From Phoronis australis (lineage: Eukaryota > Animalia > Phoronida), in the NCBI GenBank assembly GCA_002633005.1, contig NMRA01000672.1, forward strand, positions 47,119-111,118: 64,000 bases of DNA. The letters are read 5' to 3'. Shown piece by piece: positions 23,232 to 35,197 of the stretch. Position 1 is the first letter of the stretch; each line of letters opens with the position of its first letter. Made by a program: the position numbers and the translations under genes. The notes beneath the pieces were generated by a model, which worked only from the letters and a program-made list of their open reading frames with translations, did no database searches and was not told where the DNA came from.

Positions 23232-25758
23232 CTGGTCTAAGATGACAGAAAATTATCCACTTTGAGACAGTCTATAAAGTTTGGAATGCACGCATTTTCT
23301 CGATTTTGAAGATTGAGACACAGGAGATTTGGGTGTTGATATTCTTTAAATATCAGACACTGTGTGTTGCATTAACGGAGTCCAAAAATAGACTTGCCAG
23401 TTCATAAAATGGTCAAAAATAGTCGCTTATGCAACATTTACGCGCGTCCCCAGAGTGTAAATGATCGTTTATGGTTGAGTATAATTTATGAATTTGGGAC
23501 GGCCAAGTTCATTCTAAAATTCGATGCATGCTCCTAGTTTAATAACAACGATAATAAACTTTATTTATAGAGGTTAAAATACAATAGATATAAAACATGC
23601 TTTAGCCAAAGGCCAATATACAGCAGGGTCCTCTACGCCCTACAGCAAAAATCAAACTATAAATTAAAATAGATAAATAGATTAGATACCATACAGGGGT
23701 AACAACTAATTCACAGGCAAGATGTAATTTGCATGGCATCACTGTTCGACGTAGCCACATATCAACACAAACCTCCCATTAGAGTTCGATTTCAGTTTCA
23801 AGAAATGAAGGCTAATCCAAATATCAATCTGCCATCCATTGTTAAAATGTTTTGTCAGGATAACCACCCGCAGGCCAATTACCTCCCATGATTCAAACTT
23901 ATCTAAAACCCTTCACCAATGTGTACCAGACAACCAAAACCAGAACGCATCTATTTTAACTAATTTTTATTGTATTCTGTTAAAAAATATCCTAAGTGGT
24001 GGAATCTTGCTGTCAAATTTTCCAGCAGTGTGTAACATGACATGCTCCTCCTACAAATTTCACTTTGGGGATATTAAGATCACTTCAATAATCCATTCTT
24101 TGGGTGTATTAAGATCACTCTGATAATCCCTCAAGTGTTGGTGGGGTACACAAGTCAAGTGGTGTCGCTTTAAAGCAGCTACACAATAGAGGTTTAGGTA
24201 AATCAACAAAGGAACAGCAATTGAAATGGCCGTTATCTCATCTTTTCTCCTATTGTAGTTAACAATTTTTTGCTGTTCAAACAATAGTAAAGTTTATTTT
24301 TCAATGAGGGATTTACTTTTTATAATCCAATGTGTCTGAAATGGTCAGGAAAGAATGTTTTTACAAACAGGCAGCCGCTACCACTGACACTCATCTCTGT
24401 TCCCCCAAAAAAAAGCCAGAGTCATAAAAGTCCTGGCACTGAGGTAAGTGCCTATTTGTAATCCCAACTGGTGAGAAGCATTCACAGGTGCATCTTGGGA
24501 AATGCTATGTACCGCCTAATCTAAATGGAATAGGCTGGTGAAGATGTTGGGTAATATTGTACTTCAAGCAAAACTCAATGATGAAGTCACTTTAACTGAC
24601 TTGAAATTTGTTTTAACTACTGTCAGGCAGGTTGGAGCGAATATTTGATCAAATGATACATTTGGCCTTTAAAATTATTATCAGAACAAAAAACAAGCTA
24701 AAGCAATAGCACTCTCAAAAAGTGCACTGTAATTAAAATGCACACCAGCTGAATTTTGAGTGACACCAAGGCAGAACTGACGACAGATTTAAAAGTAACG
24801 ATCAATCATAATCTTTTTGCAGAGTAACACCTCTTATAATCAAAATGGCAGCTAAGATTCCACTTCCTGTTCTGAATACCTCATTCAAGAGGTAGTATCG
24901 AATATCATTATGAGACGGACTTCACGTAGAGTTCAAAAATTCAATTCCTACTTGACCTTGCACTTCAGTGGCAATCATTAAACGGGCTTTGAACTTACTC
25001 CGNTGGTGGTTGTAATGAGATGAAACATAAATGGATGAGTCCAAATTGAAAAGGGGGGTAACTTATGGGGGAATGAGAGTGAGTTTGCTATAAAGTGTCA
25101 TAATTCATGTCCACACAACTGGTCTCCCTAGAGCAACTTGCTTCAGAGCAACTTTCCCCTGTTCAGCCGAGTGACCACACTTCACACCCTACACCTTGAG
25201 ACAAATATGGCGCAAAAATGACTAGACACCCCCTTTTAGTGTAACTGAGCAACTCACAGCTGGTAATTACTTCTGAAGGTTGCATCCACTCTAGGACTTG
25301 TTACCCTTAGCCTCTGTAAGGTGGGGTAAGGTTTCACATGCGTCCATTTGCCCCAGTACAACTAGCGTTCACACTACCACTAAAACTAGTGACAACTCAT
25401 TCTAGGATTAACTTGTTCTGGATTAACTCATGGTGTGAACAGCACTAACTGGTCTAAGATGACAGAAAATTATCCAGTTTGAGACAGTCTATAAAGTTTG
25501 GAACGCACGCATTTTCTCGATTTTGAAGATTGAGACATAGGAGATTTGGGTGTTGATATTCTTTAAATATCAGAAGACACTGTGTGTTGCATCAACGGAG
25601 TCCAAACATAGACTTGTCAGTTCATAAAATGGTCGAAAATAGTCACTGATGCACTGAACATTTACATGCGTCCCCAGAGTGTAAATGATCGTTTATGGTT
25701 GAGTGTAATTTATGAATTTGGGACGGCCAACATTCTAAAATTCGATGCATGCTCCTAG

Positions 25759-26270
25759 TTTAATAATAATGATAATAAGCTTTATTTATAGAGGATAAAA
25801 TAAATAGATATAAAACATGCTTTAGCCAAAGGCTAAAATACAGTAGGGTTCTCTACACCCTACAGCAAAAATCAAATTATAAATTAAAATAGATAAATAG
25901 ATTAAATTAAATTACATAAAATTAAACGGTATTTACAAATTGGATTTCCAGACTGAATTAACAATAAATAAATAATAAATAATAAATAAATAAAAAAACT
26001 ATATGGTATATACATTGGAGTGACAAAAAGGAAGGACAGCCTCCTTTAGACTATTTGGCAAGTTGTTCCACTGTTGAATGGCCTGAATAAAGAAGGACTT
26101 AGAGTATAACGAAGTTCTGTCTTTAGGCAAACCCAAATTGTTTGAGGTAGAAAATCTTGTCCTGACTATTCGGTGGCTATTTCGAACAAGTACAAGGTTA
26201 CGGGAGAAATAAGTCGGTACATTATTGTGAAAACACTTATGCATCATACAAAAACACCTATATATATAAT
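25759..26270 (-). mobile_element. 5'-truncated CR1/L2-group LINE 3' fragment
   Basis: ORF 25999-26247 MHKCFHNNVPTYF...HRIVRTR...SFFIQAIQQWNNLP resembles the post-RT C-terminus; followed by an AT-rich 3' UTR and ATT-like tail. Confidence 0.7.
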
Positions 26271-27809
26271 TAGTTTTTCACTGACCCAAACTGGTGAATT
26301 TTTACCATAAGCTAAAAAATAAATGCCCAGGCCAATACGAAATCAAGGATTGAGGAGACAATTCTCAGAGACACCATACAGGTGGTAACGACTAATTCAC
26401 AGGCAAGATGTAATTTGCATGGCATCACTGTTCGACGTAGCCACATATCAACATATCATTATACAAACCTCCCATTAGAGTTCCGATTTCAGTTTCGATA
26501 AATCAAGGCTAATCCAAATATCAATCTGCGGTCCATTTTTAAAATGTTTTGCCAGCATCACCACCCGCAGGCCAATTACCTCCCATGATTCAAACTTACT
26601 ATTCACCAATGTGTACCAGACAACCAAAACCAGAACGCATCTATTTTAACTAATTTTTATTGTATTCTGTTAAAAAATGTGGTGGAATCTTGATGTCAAA
26701 TTTTCCAGCAGTGTGTTACATAACATGCTCCTCCTTCAAATTTCACTTTGGGGTATTAAGATCAATCCAATAATCCATTCTTTGGGTGCATATATTAAAC
26801 TCTGATAATCGCTCAAGTGTTGGTGGGGTACACAAGTCAAGTGGCATTGTTGTGTCGCTTAACAGCTACACAATAGAGGTTGTGGTAAATCAACAAAGGA
26901 ACAGCAATTGAAATGGCCGTCATTTAATCTTTTCTCCAGTTGTAGTTAACAATTTTTTGCTGTTCAAACAACAGAAAAGTTTATTTTTCAATGAGGGATT
27001 TACGTTTTATAATCCAATGTGTCTGAAATGGTCAGGAAAGAATGTTTTTACAAACAGGCAGGCGCTACCACTGACCCCCACCTCTGTTCCCCAATCCCCA
27101 AACAAAAAAGCCAGAGTCATAAAAGTCCAGGCACTGAGGTAAGTGCCTATTTGTAATCCCAACTGGTGAGAAGCATTCACAGGTGCATCTTGGGAAATGC
27201 TATGTACCGCCTAATGTAAATGGAATAGGCTGGTGAAGATGTGCTTCCAGCAAAACTCAATGATGAAGTCAATTTAACTGACTTGAAATTTGTTCTAACT
27301 ACTGTCAGGCAGGTTGGAGCGAATATTTGATCAAATGATAGATTTGGCCTTTAAAATTATAATCAGAACAAAAAACAAGCTAAAGCAGTAGCACTCTCAA
27401 AAAGTGCACTGTAATTAAAATGCACACCAGCTGAATTTTGAGTGACACCAAGGCAGAACTGACGACAGATTTAAAAGTAACGATCAATCATAATCTTTTT
27501 GCAGAGTAACACCTCTTATAATCAAAATGGCAGCTAAGATTCCACTTCCTGTTCTGAATACCTCATTCAAGAGGTAGTATCGAATATCATTATGAGACGG
27601 ACTTCACGTAGAGTTCAAAAATTCAATTCCTACTTGACCTTGCACTTCAGTGGCAATCATTAAACGGGCTTTGAACTTACTCCGTGCCAACTTGCCAAAC
27701 AATATGTCAAATGAAACAAAATGTTAAAATCTGTAAATCTGAATACAGAGAGAATCCCTAAACTTGTGATCATTTCATAATGAGGATTTTGTATCTAAGT
27801 TGACCCATC

Positions 27810-28020
27810 TGCAAGCCTGCAGTGTTCCCAAAACTAGCAATTATCCATTTCTCAAAGGCTTGCCACATAGCTTCACATATTCAAGGACCGATCTTAAGGG
27901 TGACATCAGCCTGGACCAAGGGAGAGCAATAATGCCGAAGGTAGAGGGCAAAATTGCTCTCTCAAGGATCTGATATACTTCCGAGGGATCGATCCATATT
28001 TCTTTTAGAACAGGACCACA
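27810..28020 (-). mobile_element. Degraded CR1-like RT fragment
   Basis: LRSVLEYVKLCGKP resembles CR1 VRPxLEYAxxVWxP. Confidence 0.35.
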
Positions 28021-29138
28021 GATGCTTCTTTGCTGTGATTTTTCCGTCATTTATTAGAATAACTTGTTCTCATCTGCTTTGATGTACTGACATCGTCTCG
28101 TTTCGTGGTCAGGGTTTAAGATTTCTACAGCATCTGATTGGTCAGTTCGTGAATAGCCAAATCAGACACCAAGGAGACATAAACAGAAAGGGATGTTCGT
28201 CATTAAGATAATCAATATGAAAGTTATATCGGAAGTTGTCCAACCGTGTTACAGTCAACTAGAGGATCCAACTGAAGTATCAGTGGTCATGCAGTAATAC
28301 AGTTGTGTTTATATTTTAGGGTAACAACATTAGAATACACACTATGGGGATACTAATGATCTAAAGATATCTTTTTACTTATTTTTAAGTAAGTAAACGA
28401 AAATATGCTGCCAACATAAACAAATAATGCTTATCTTTGGTGTGAAATTTGATTTTCATTTTCAGTGATTTGACTTGTTTATTATTGTAACACATCGTAA
28501 ACATATACAGAAATTTTGTCAAATTTCTCAAGAAAAATAACTAACAGTAAATGTTTACTTTGTTGTCAACGTAATGTGTATGGTGCATATGTACAACATT
28601 TGTAGCTTTGTAAGTTTTCGAAATAAAAAATTGTCATTTTCGCGGCATTTTGGTCCAAAGCTATCCCTGAAAGTTTGACCAGTTCACTTCACACTGTATA
28701 GTGTTCACAGAATAACTGACATAATGTCTATATTACGGCCAAATACAACGAAACGTGTCGACTATTAAAAATTTTGCGCCTTGCATGCTTTTATACAGAT
28801 ATGCAATAGACTTAGAAAAATGAATCGCAGACTAAACTCGCTGAATATGCATTCACCATCACAGTAGTCGAGGAGAAGCTTAATGAACCCAGGCATTGAC
28901 TTCTAGATGCAACTCACTTGCAATGCACTTGAGGTGATACATTTTCACTCAAGGATTGAAAAAAAATATTTACATCCCATAATTCAACATTTCAACTTCA
29001 CCGAACAATCACTTTAGTTGCCGACATTTTGTTAAGGTAAACTTGTAAGCTCACGAAACCCTCGCCTTTCACTCATGCGATTTTGTGTGGTATTCATTTT
29101 TGCGAGTTCCTCATGTCTACGGTTAACATGTGATTTAC

Positions 29139-29261
29139 CTGGTTAACTTGCGATTTCTTCAGCAGGAACACCTGTCCGGAGCTGGTCGATGCAATCTGTT
29201 CGTATGCCTTGTAACCGGGGTGAGATGTGTTACCGCAGTCGCCAGTCATCACAAACACCAC
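29139..29261 (-). CDS. HMCN1: Hemicentin exon 3 (VWA)
   Basis: [41 protein letters not shown]; phase 0-0. Confidence 0.95.
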
Positions 29262-30014
29262 CTGTGGGACAAATGGGGCACTACTCAAAGTGATAGATAA
29301 ACTGTAACCTGTAGCTACAGATAGGCACTCTCTAAGCTAAGGAAAAGAATAGCATTCTCCATTGTTCACAGGAGAGGATAAAACAGTAAAAAACTGAGCT
29401 TAAAACAAAAATGGCATAAGTTTTGGTCTATACTTGACTCATTTAAAGTCTGTGCCTCACCATTAAGACAAGAAAAACACCCGCAAGCATGACTTTTAGC
29501 ATTTTTTATTTCAAAAGGTACACCAACATATCTACTTAAGGTAGCTTTTTTAAAAAATTGCCCAGGTTGCTTATTCATTGGCAAACAATAGTTTATGACA
29601 TTAATCCTTTAAGAATGGGCGTCCACAGGCAAGTAATGGTGTGTTGAGTCCATTTTGGGCTTGGAGGGGTCTCGGAATTTTGCAGACAGTTGAAAATCAA
29701 GTGTCCTACACAAACAACAGGCCTTTTGAAATTGACATGCAAAGTCAGTGAAAGTAGTTCTCCGTGAACCCAGCTCTTAGTCAAACAACTATCCAGACTT
29801 TTGTAACTAAACACAGTTTAACAAAAGGTTTATAGTGATGAGACAAAATAGTTTTATTACCCTTATGTATAGCTGAATAGCCAAGCCCAGAATGCCAAGG
29901 TCAGCCCTGATCCCTCTTCCCCCAACAACAGAAGCTAGGCTAACCCCAACGTAAACGCCGGGTAATCAAAATCTAAACATGATTCAAATTTTAAACTCAA
30001 TTTCATAATCTTAC

Positions 30015-30244
30015 CTGACTCTGCTTCTGCTGAATCAATGTCAGTACTTGTTCGGTGAGCTGGAAGTCTTTGGAGCGGGCGTCCGTGAATACATAGATGT
30101 AGGAGTTCGGTAGCGACACATTGAGAGCTTGCTGAATGGCCGTGATACTCATTTCCGGGCAGTCACCACCCCCTTGAACGTACAGTTCACGCAGCTGATA
30201 CTGGAACTCTTCGGGATTCTTGGTGACTGTGACTGGGCCCACCT
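30015..30244 (-). CDS. HMCN1: Hemicentin exon 2 (VWA)
   Basis: EVGPVTVT...[14 protein letters not shown]...[10 protein letters not shown]...QQKQSQ; cag acceptor, GTAAG donor. Confidence 0.95.
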
Positions 30245-30760
30245 CTGTAGCAGACAGTAATGAACATGATAAATGAGACTTCTTTTTCCCGTACAGTCAT
30301 AGCAACATTTCAACGCATAGGAATTGTAGTTCTTTCCTGGACTGAACATTCGTTAGCCACTGCCAAACTGTTTCAAGCTTCTGCGACACCTGGAGGCGTG
30401 TCTCGCTGTTAAGGCAAACGGAGGGAAACTTTGAACAGTACCAGGTCTCCCGTATGTAATAGGGGATGGATGGTCAATTTTTTCAAACAAGCTTGAAAAA
30501 GTCAACATTGGCCAACACAGTGTTACTTAATTTAAATCTTCAATGAAAGTCCGGGAAATTAGAACTTTTAGGGCCTAAAGCCTCACTCCCCTATGAACAA
30601 AATTTAATAATCACACTGCGAAGTCCCTTCATGAGGTACAAAAATTTCCCCCAATACACTCTTCAAGGTTAGAATATGCAAAACTTTTGGTGGTCACAAT
30701 GAGGGCGAATTTTTCCATCAATGAAAAAATTCCCATCCCAGAAACCTTTTTCACACCAAA

Positions 30761-31134
30761 ACGCTTATAACTCCTAAACTAAATTTAAAAGCTTTAACTC
30801 CCGATACAAACAGTTCATAACTAGTTATATCTGCAGTGTAGTCTTAACCCATTGCATGTAATTACAACAGTTGTAACTGGTTATGTATAACGAACAAATT
30901 CAATAGCACTAAGGACTAGACTGAATAAAATTAAAAGCTAGGGTTTTACAGCTTAAAGTAATTGTGAAACATATATACCAGTTACATAACACTGATGACA
31001 TATTTTTATAACTTAAAAGTTATAACCAGGTTAGCATGGTAAGACCACAGCTTAGCTTTCATCTATACACCACCATTTTTTCAGTCAAAACCAATTAAAA
31101 CAAATTATTTTACTGTTTAGGTAGTTATAAGTGT
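30761..31134. mobile_element. MITE-like element
   Basis: acgcttataactcctaaac ... gtttaggtagttataagtgt inverted ends. Confidence 0.5.
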
Positions 31135-31168
31135 GTAAAGTTTGAACTGGCGTGGAAATATAGATCAC

Positions 31169-31258
31169 ATTTTAAGTCTGGTATGCACGCCACCTGTTGG
31201 CCACATCATTAGGTCGCATGATGAGCCCAACAGGTGGCGTGCAGACCAGACTTAAAAT
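31169..31258. repeat. Hairpin with 41 bp arms and 8 nt loop
   Basis: attttaagtctggtatgcacgccacctgttgg... / ...ccaacaggtggcgtgcagaccagacttaaaat. Confidence 0.9.
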
Positions 31259-34127
31259 TTTGTGTTTAAGGAGCTATAAACCCACCTTCCATCACAAAAA
31301 TGAACTTTTGATCAAGACCACGTACAGTTCTGAAATTGGTTTCAATTTCTTCCTTATTCAAATTAGAAGAGATTTCAGGGCTTCCAAAGAACTAAGGGGG
31401 TGTTCAATGCTTGAGACCAGGGTCTGTAGAAAGTTCACTTGTCACGGTGGGTCATTTTAGTCACTGAGCATGGCTTCAAGGAATTAAGAGCTGCCAGATC
31501 TTTGCAAATCTTAAAATCACTTCTCACCTAAACAAAAAAAGTTGAGACCGCGCACTTTTATACCAGTGGGTGGACTACATGAAAACCTGGCTTCTTGGAT
31601 GGAACACAGTTTTATAAATAAAACATGAAATAGAAAAGTCAAAAATTTTGGGCAAAGGAAAAACCTACATCAATTTTTGTAGTGTTGACCATAATCATTA
31701 TAACTGTTTACATCAAGTGTTTTGGCCGGAAACTGAGTCCAACAGCAAACAGATGCATTGTTATTTTTTCACGTGCTGAAGGTCAAAGTTCATGCATTTC
31801 AAACATAACACAGTACTTAAACTACAGAATATGTCAGTTTCCATAGTAACAAAATCACATAAAATGTGCTTCTTAAGCAGTTGACATGAAACTGCAACTC
31901 TGCTTACATATACATTCTACCCTACTCCAGGAAATTTATTTTATACTTCATGTGAAAAATGTTCAGAAAGGCTCAAGTTCCTTGCAGGAGTGCACGTACT
32001 CTGGAGTCATAGCTATATTACAGAACTCCAATAAATTGTCCAGCAAGAAACAAAGAAAGAAATGTTAGTTTAATCAGCAACACATGACGTCAGCCAAGTA
32101 GATTGAAACAAAAACCATGTTCAAGTGGTTGGCGTCTCCTATTTACTTGTCAATGATTTGTAGGCCCACTGAGAATACACATGTACTTTAGTAAAGGGAT
32201 ATTTCCACTATACCCAACATCTAAAATGTTTCTTTTCCATTAGCTCCACCTAGTGTCACAATTAATTACCATATTTTATGAATCCCATGCTCATATCTCC
32301 ATATCCACGTAGAAAATGCTCATTTCAAGCAAAAAATGATAAATTGGAAAGTGAATCAATTCCACAGCAGGTACATAATCTACATTATAAACTAGAAGCA
32401 TGTCCACAGCCAACTCCAAGGCAAGACCAGTTAATGAAACTAGATCAGTTTACACTGTCAGAATGTCTTCAATTTCCTGCAGTTACCCACATGGACTGAA
32501 CAAAATTTTGGTGACTATAACTCTCAATAATTTAATTCACTGTCTAGTCTATTTGAACCAGGCTCCTAGTGTTATCTAGAGCATTCACACTACACATCTG
32601 ACAGTGGTTTTGAAATGCAGGTATCAATCAAGTCCACTAAATGCATTCCTTGCACTGTATTGTCTAGCATCACTGCATGCTGATACACAGTCCAACCACC
32701 TGTCAGGCATCAAAGAGTTACTACTGAGGTCATAGCTCATGAGATAATTGCTCTGCTCTACAAAAGGGAACTTAGATCAGCTTTCTGAACATAGTAAGCA
32801 CAAGCTACACTGATTCTTGTACTTATCCAATAATGACCAAACAGACAGAACAGAACAAAATGGCTGAACAACACAACAAATTACANCCCCCCCCCCCCCA
32901 CTCCATTACCATACCCTTTGTGTTTCCAATACAATAAACTGGTGGAAATATTTACAGATCCATTACTTTAGAATAACAAAGATTTACATGCTCAAGCTCG
33001 AATAACTCGGGCATGTCTCTAGGAAAAGACTTGACTTGCTACATCTTGTGCCACAATTGCTTTGATGTCTTAGGAGATTGCACAGGCAAAATCAAGTACT
33101 TTTTGGCAACTCACAACCACTGTCAGTATCTGAATACATAGTATGTTTTGCAGTGCAGTTGATGCAAATAGGGCAAACAACTAACTTTATTTTTTGAGCT
33201 CACCATATCAATGTGGTATCAGGCATGCAGTTTCGTACCACAGAATAAACATAGTGCTTTATTTAAAATAATTAACATGAAAACTTAATTTCAAACATTT
33301 AAAGGATAAATCGTCTAAATACTAAGGGTTACAACTGACAATTACGTAAATTACAGAAAGATTTTTCTGGATACCTCACATAAATTACTGATCAGATTCC
33401 ACTTGTTACCAACGGTGTCAAATTGCAACGTCTACAAGACATTCGGTAATGGTCTGATATAACGTCCCCGAATTTTGAGAACCAGTTTTCTCACATGACT
33501 TAGAATGTGTTGCGACATATTAATAACACTGAGTATGTAATTTTTTTATATTACATGGGCGAATCACAAAATAGTGCAAAGTAGACATCCATATGCCTTA
33601 CATTTTATCGTCTGCAAAACACTAAAACAACCAAACACGCGCCAACTAAACAATGCCGGAATTCCGAGAAGGTGACAAGGTTATGATTGACAAATCAGAA
33701 GTCGCACTTGTACGTACTCCCAGTCGGAAGGACATGCAAACAACTTAAAGTTAAACGGACCCATCTTTGGTGGCGAATTACATATCCATGTTCATTCAAA
33801 TGGAAACGAGCCCCAACTCAAGAAACGCTACGTGACTGTCTAGCTGTGCTGTCTCAAGATGACTATTAATTACAAACATCTTTTTAAGTTTTAATATTAC
33901 AACTTCAAAGACTATTTATTAGATTCTAACTTCAATATTTGCTACAAAAGCTGAATGCTATTTACAATTGTTAAGCTTAAAATAAAACTATTAACAAAAA
34001 GTAACTGAATTACTTTACATTGCGCAAGCGTGTTTTTAAAAAAAAGTTGCGCTATGTGGTTGAAAGTTTTAGACACATCGAGTTTTTCAGCAGAAAAGAT
34101 CGTTTTTACGGTTCATTTGAGAAAACA

Positions 34128-34267
34128 AATCCTACACTCATCTCAGATTTATGACATGGGCAAAACCTATTGGAAATTTCGTCAAAATTCCTTGGCAAGC
34201 CTCGGGATTTTGACGAAATTTCCAAGAGGTTTTGCCCATGTCATTAACCTGAGACTCGTGTAGGATT
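34128..34267. repeat. Hairpin with ~64 bp arms and 12 nt loop
   Basis: aatcctacac...atgacatgggcaaaacc.ttggaaatttcgtcaaaat and its reverse complement; loop ttggcaagcctc. Confidence 0.9.
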
Positions 34268-35069
34268 CTCCATTTCTCCACTGAGTAACGGGCATCAAAC
34301 TGATTCTCAAAATACGGGCACGGTATACCACACATTCAACGTCAACAGTTTGCAATCAACAGCTATAAGTTGTGAAAAAAGCATAGCATAGCCAATGTTA
34401 TTCGCAGGCACAAAATAGCATGAATTCAATGTTTCATTTTTGGCTGAACGAACATTAAGCGGCCCAATGGTGTTGTTTTTGCAATTTGAGTAAACAATTC
34501 ATTTATGAACCTTTCCTGTTCCACCCACTCTCGTTTTAACTGGTCAATTGTAAGTATGTTAACTTGTTGAACAGTTGATGTTTTTGCAATAAACAAGTCA
34601 GACAGGTTTAACTGACCATGAAAACAGTTAAGGTTAATCACATGCTGAATTCAGTCTAATTAAGTTAGTGCAACCATATGGCCTATGGTACAGCCAATGG
34701 GCCTGTCTATGCACATAACAATGCTTGAATAATCATTGACAACTAAATACCAGATTATCAATACAGTAACTTTACAGAATAACCTCTCAAAAATTGAAGA
34801 ATCTGTTGTATGTAGGTTTTCTAGGTAATGGCCTCTACATTAAAAGTTAACAACAGTAATGGCTAGATATAACGTCGTGAATAACGAGCATCAAACTGTT
34901 TCTCAAAATAACGGCATGTTATATCCAACGACTGCCCTTTACGATGACAATGTATTGTCCACCATGGCAGTCTATTCTTAAAATAGTAAAGAATAAGCGA
35001 TGAGGTTTATGTAATTTGAACAAGTAATGCCAACTTTTGGTTTATGTAAGACTTGATAAACGCCGTCTA

Positions 35070-35197
35070 TTGGTCACATCACCTAATCTGTAGTAAAGTC
35101 TGAAAACATCTCTGTCCCCACTGGGACGGTTAGCAGAAAGTCCCGCGTTTGGGAAAGAGATGTTCAGAATTCACCATAGGTTACGCGATGCGACCAA
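35070..35197. repeat. Degenerate hairpin with ~58 bp arms
   Basis: ttggtcacatcacctaa...aacatctctgtccc / gggaaagagatgtt...ttacgcgatgcgaccaa. Confidence 0.65.

Larger units (their letters stand above)
22783..27684 (+). repeat. Tandem near-duplicate (22783-25002 / 25004-27684) joined by a single N
   Basis: Both copies start tggtgg(c/t)tgtaatgagatg and end gaacttactccg; scattered SNPs and indels; N at 25003. Confidence 0.95.

Noticed and set aside
32886-32899. N followed by poly-C (and poly-G before the N at 59024) as G-quadruplex candidates
   Set aside because: Homopolymers at assembly gaps; their length is unreliable.
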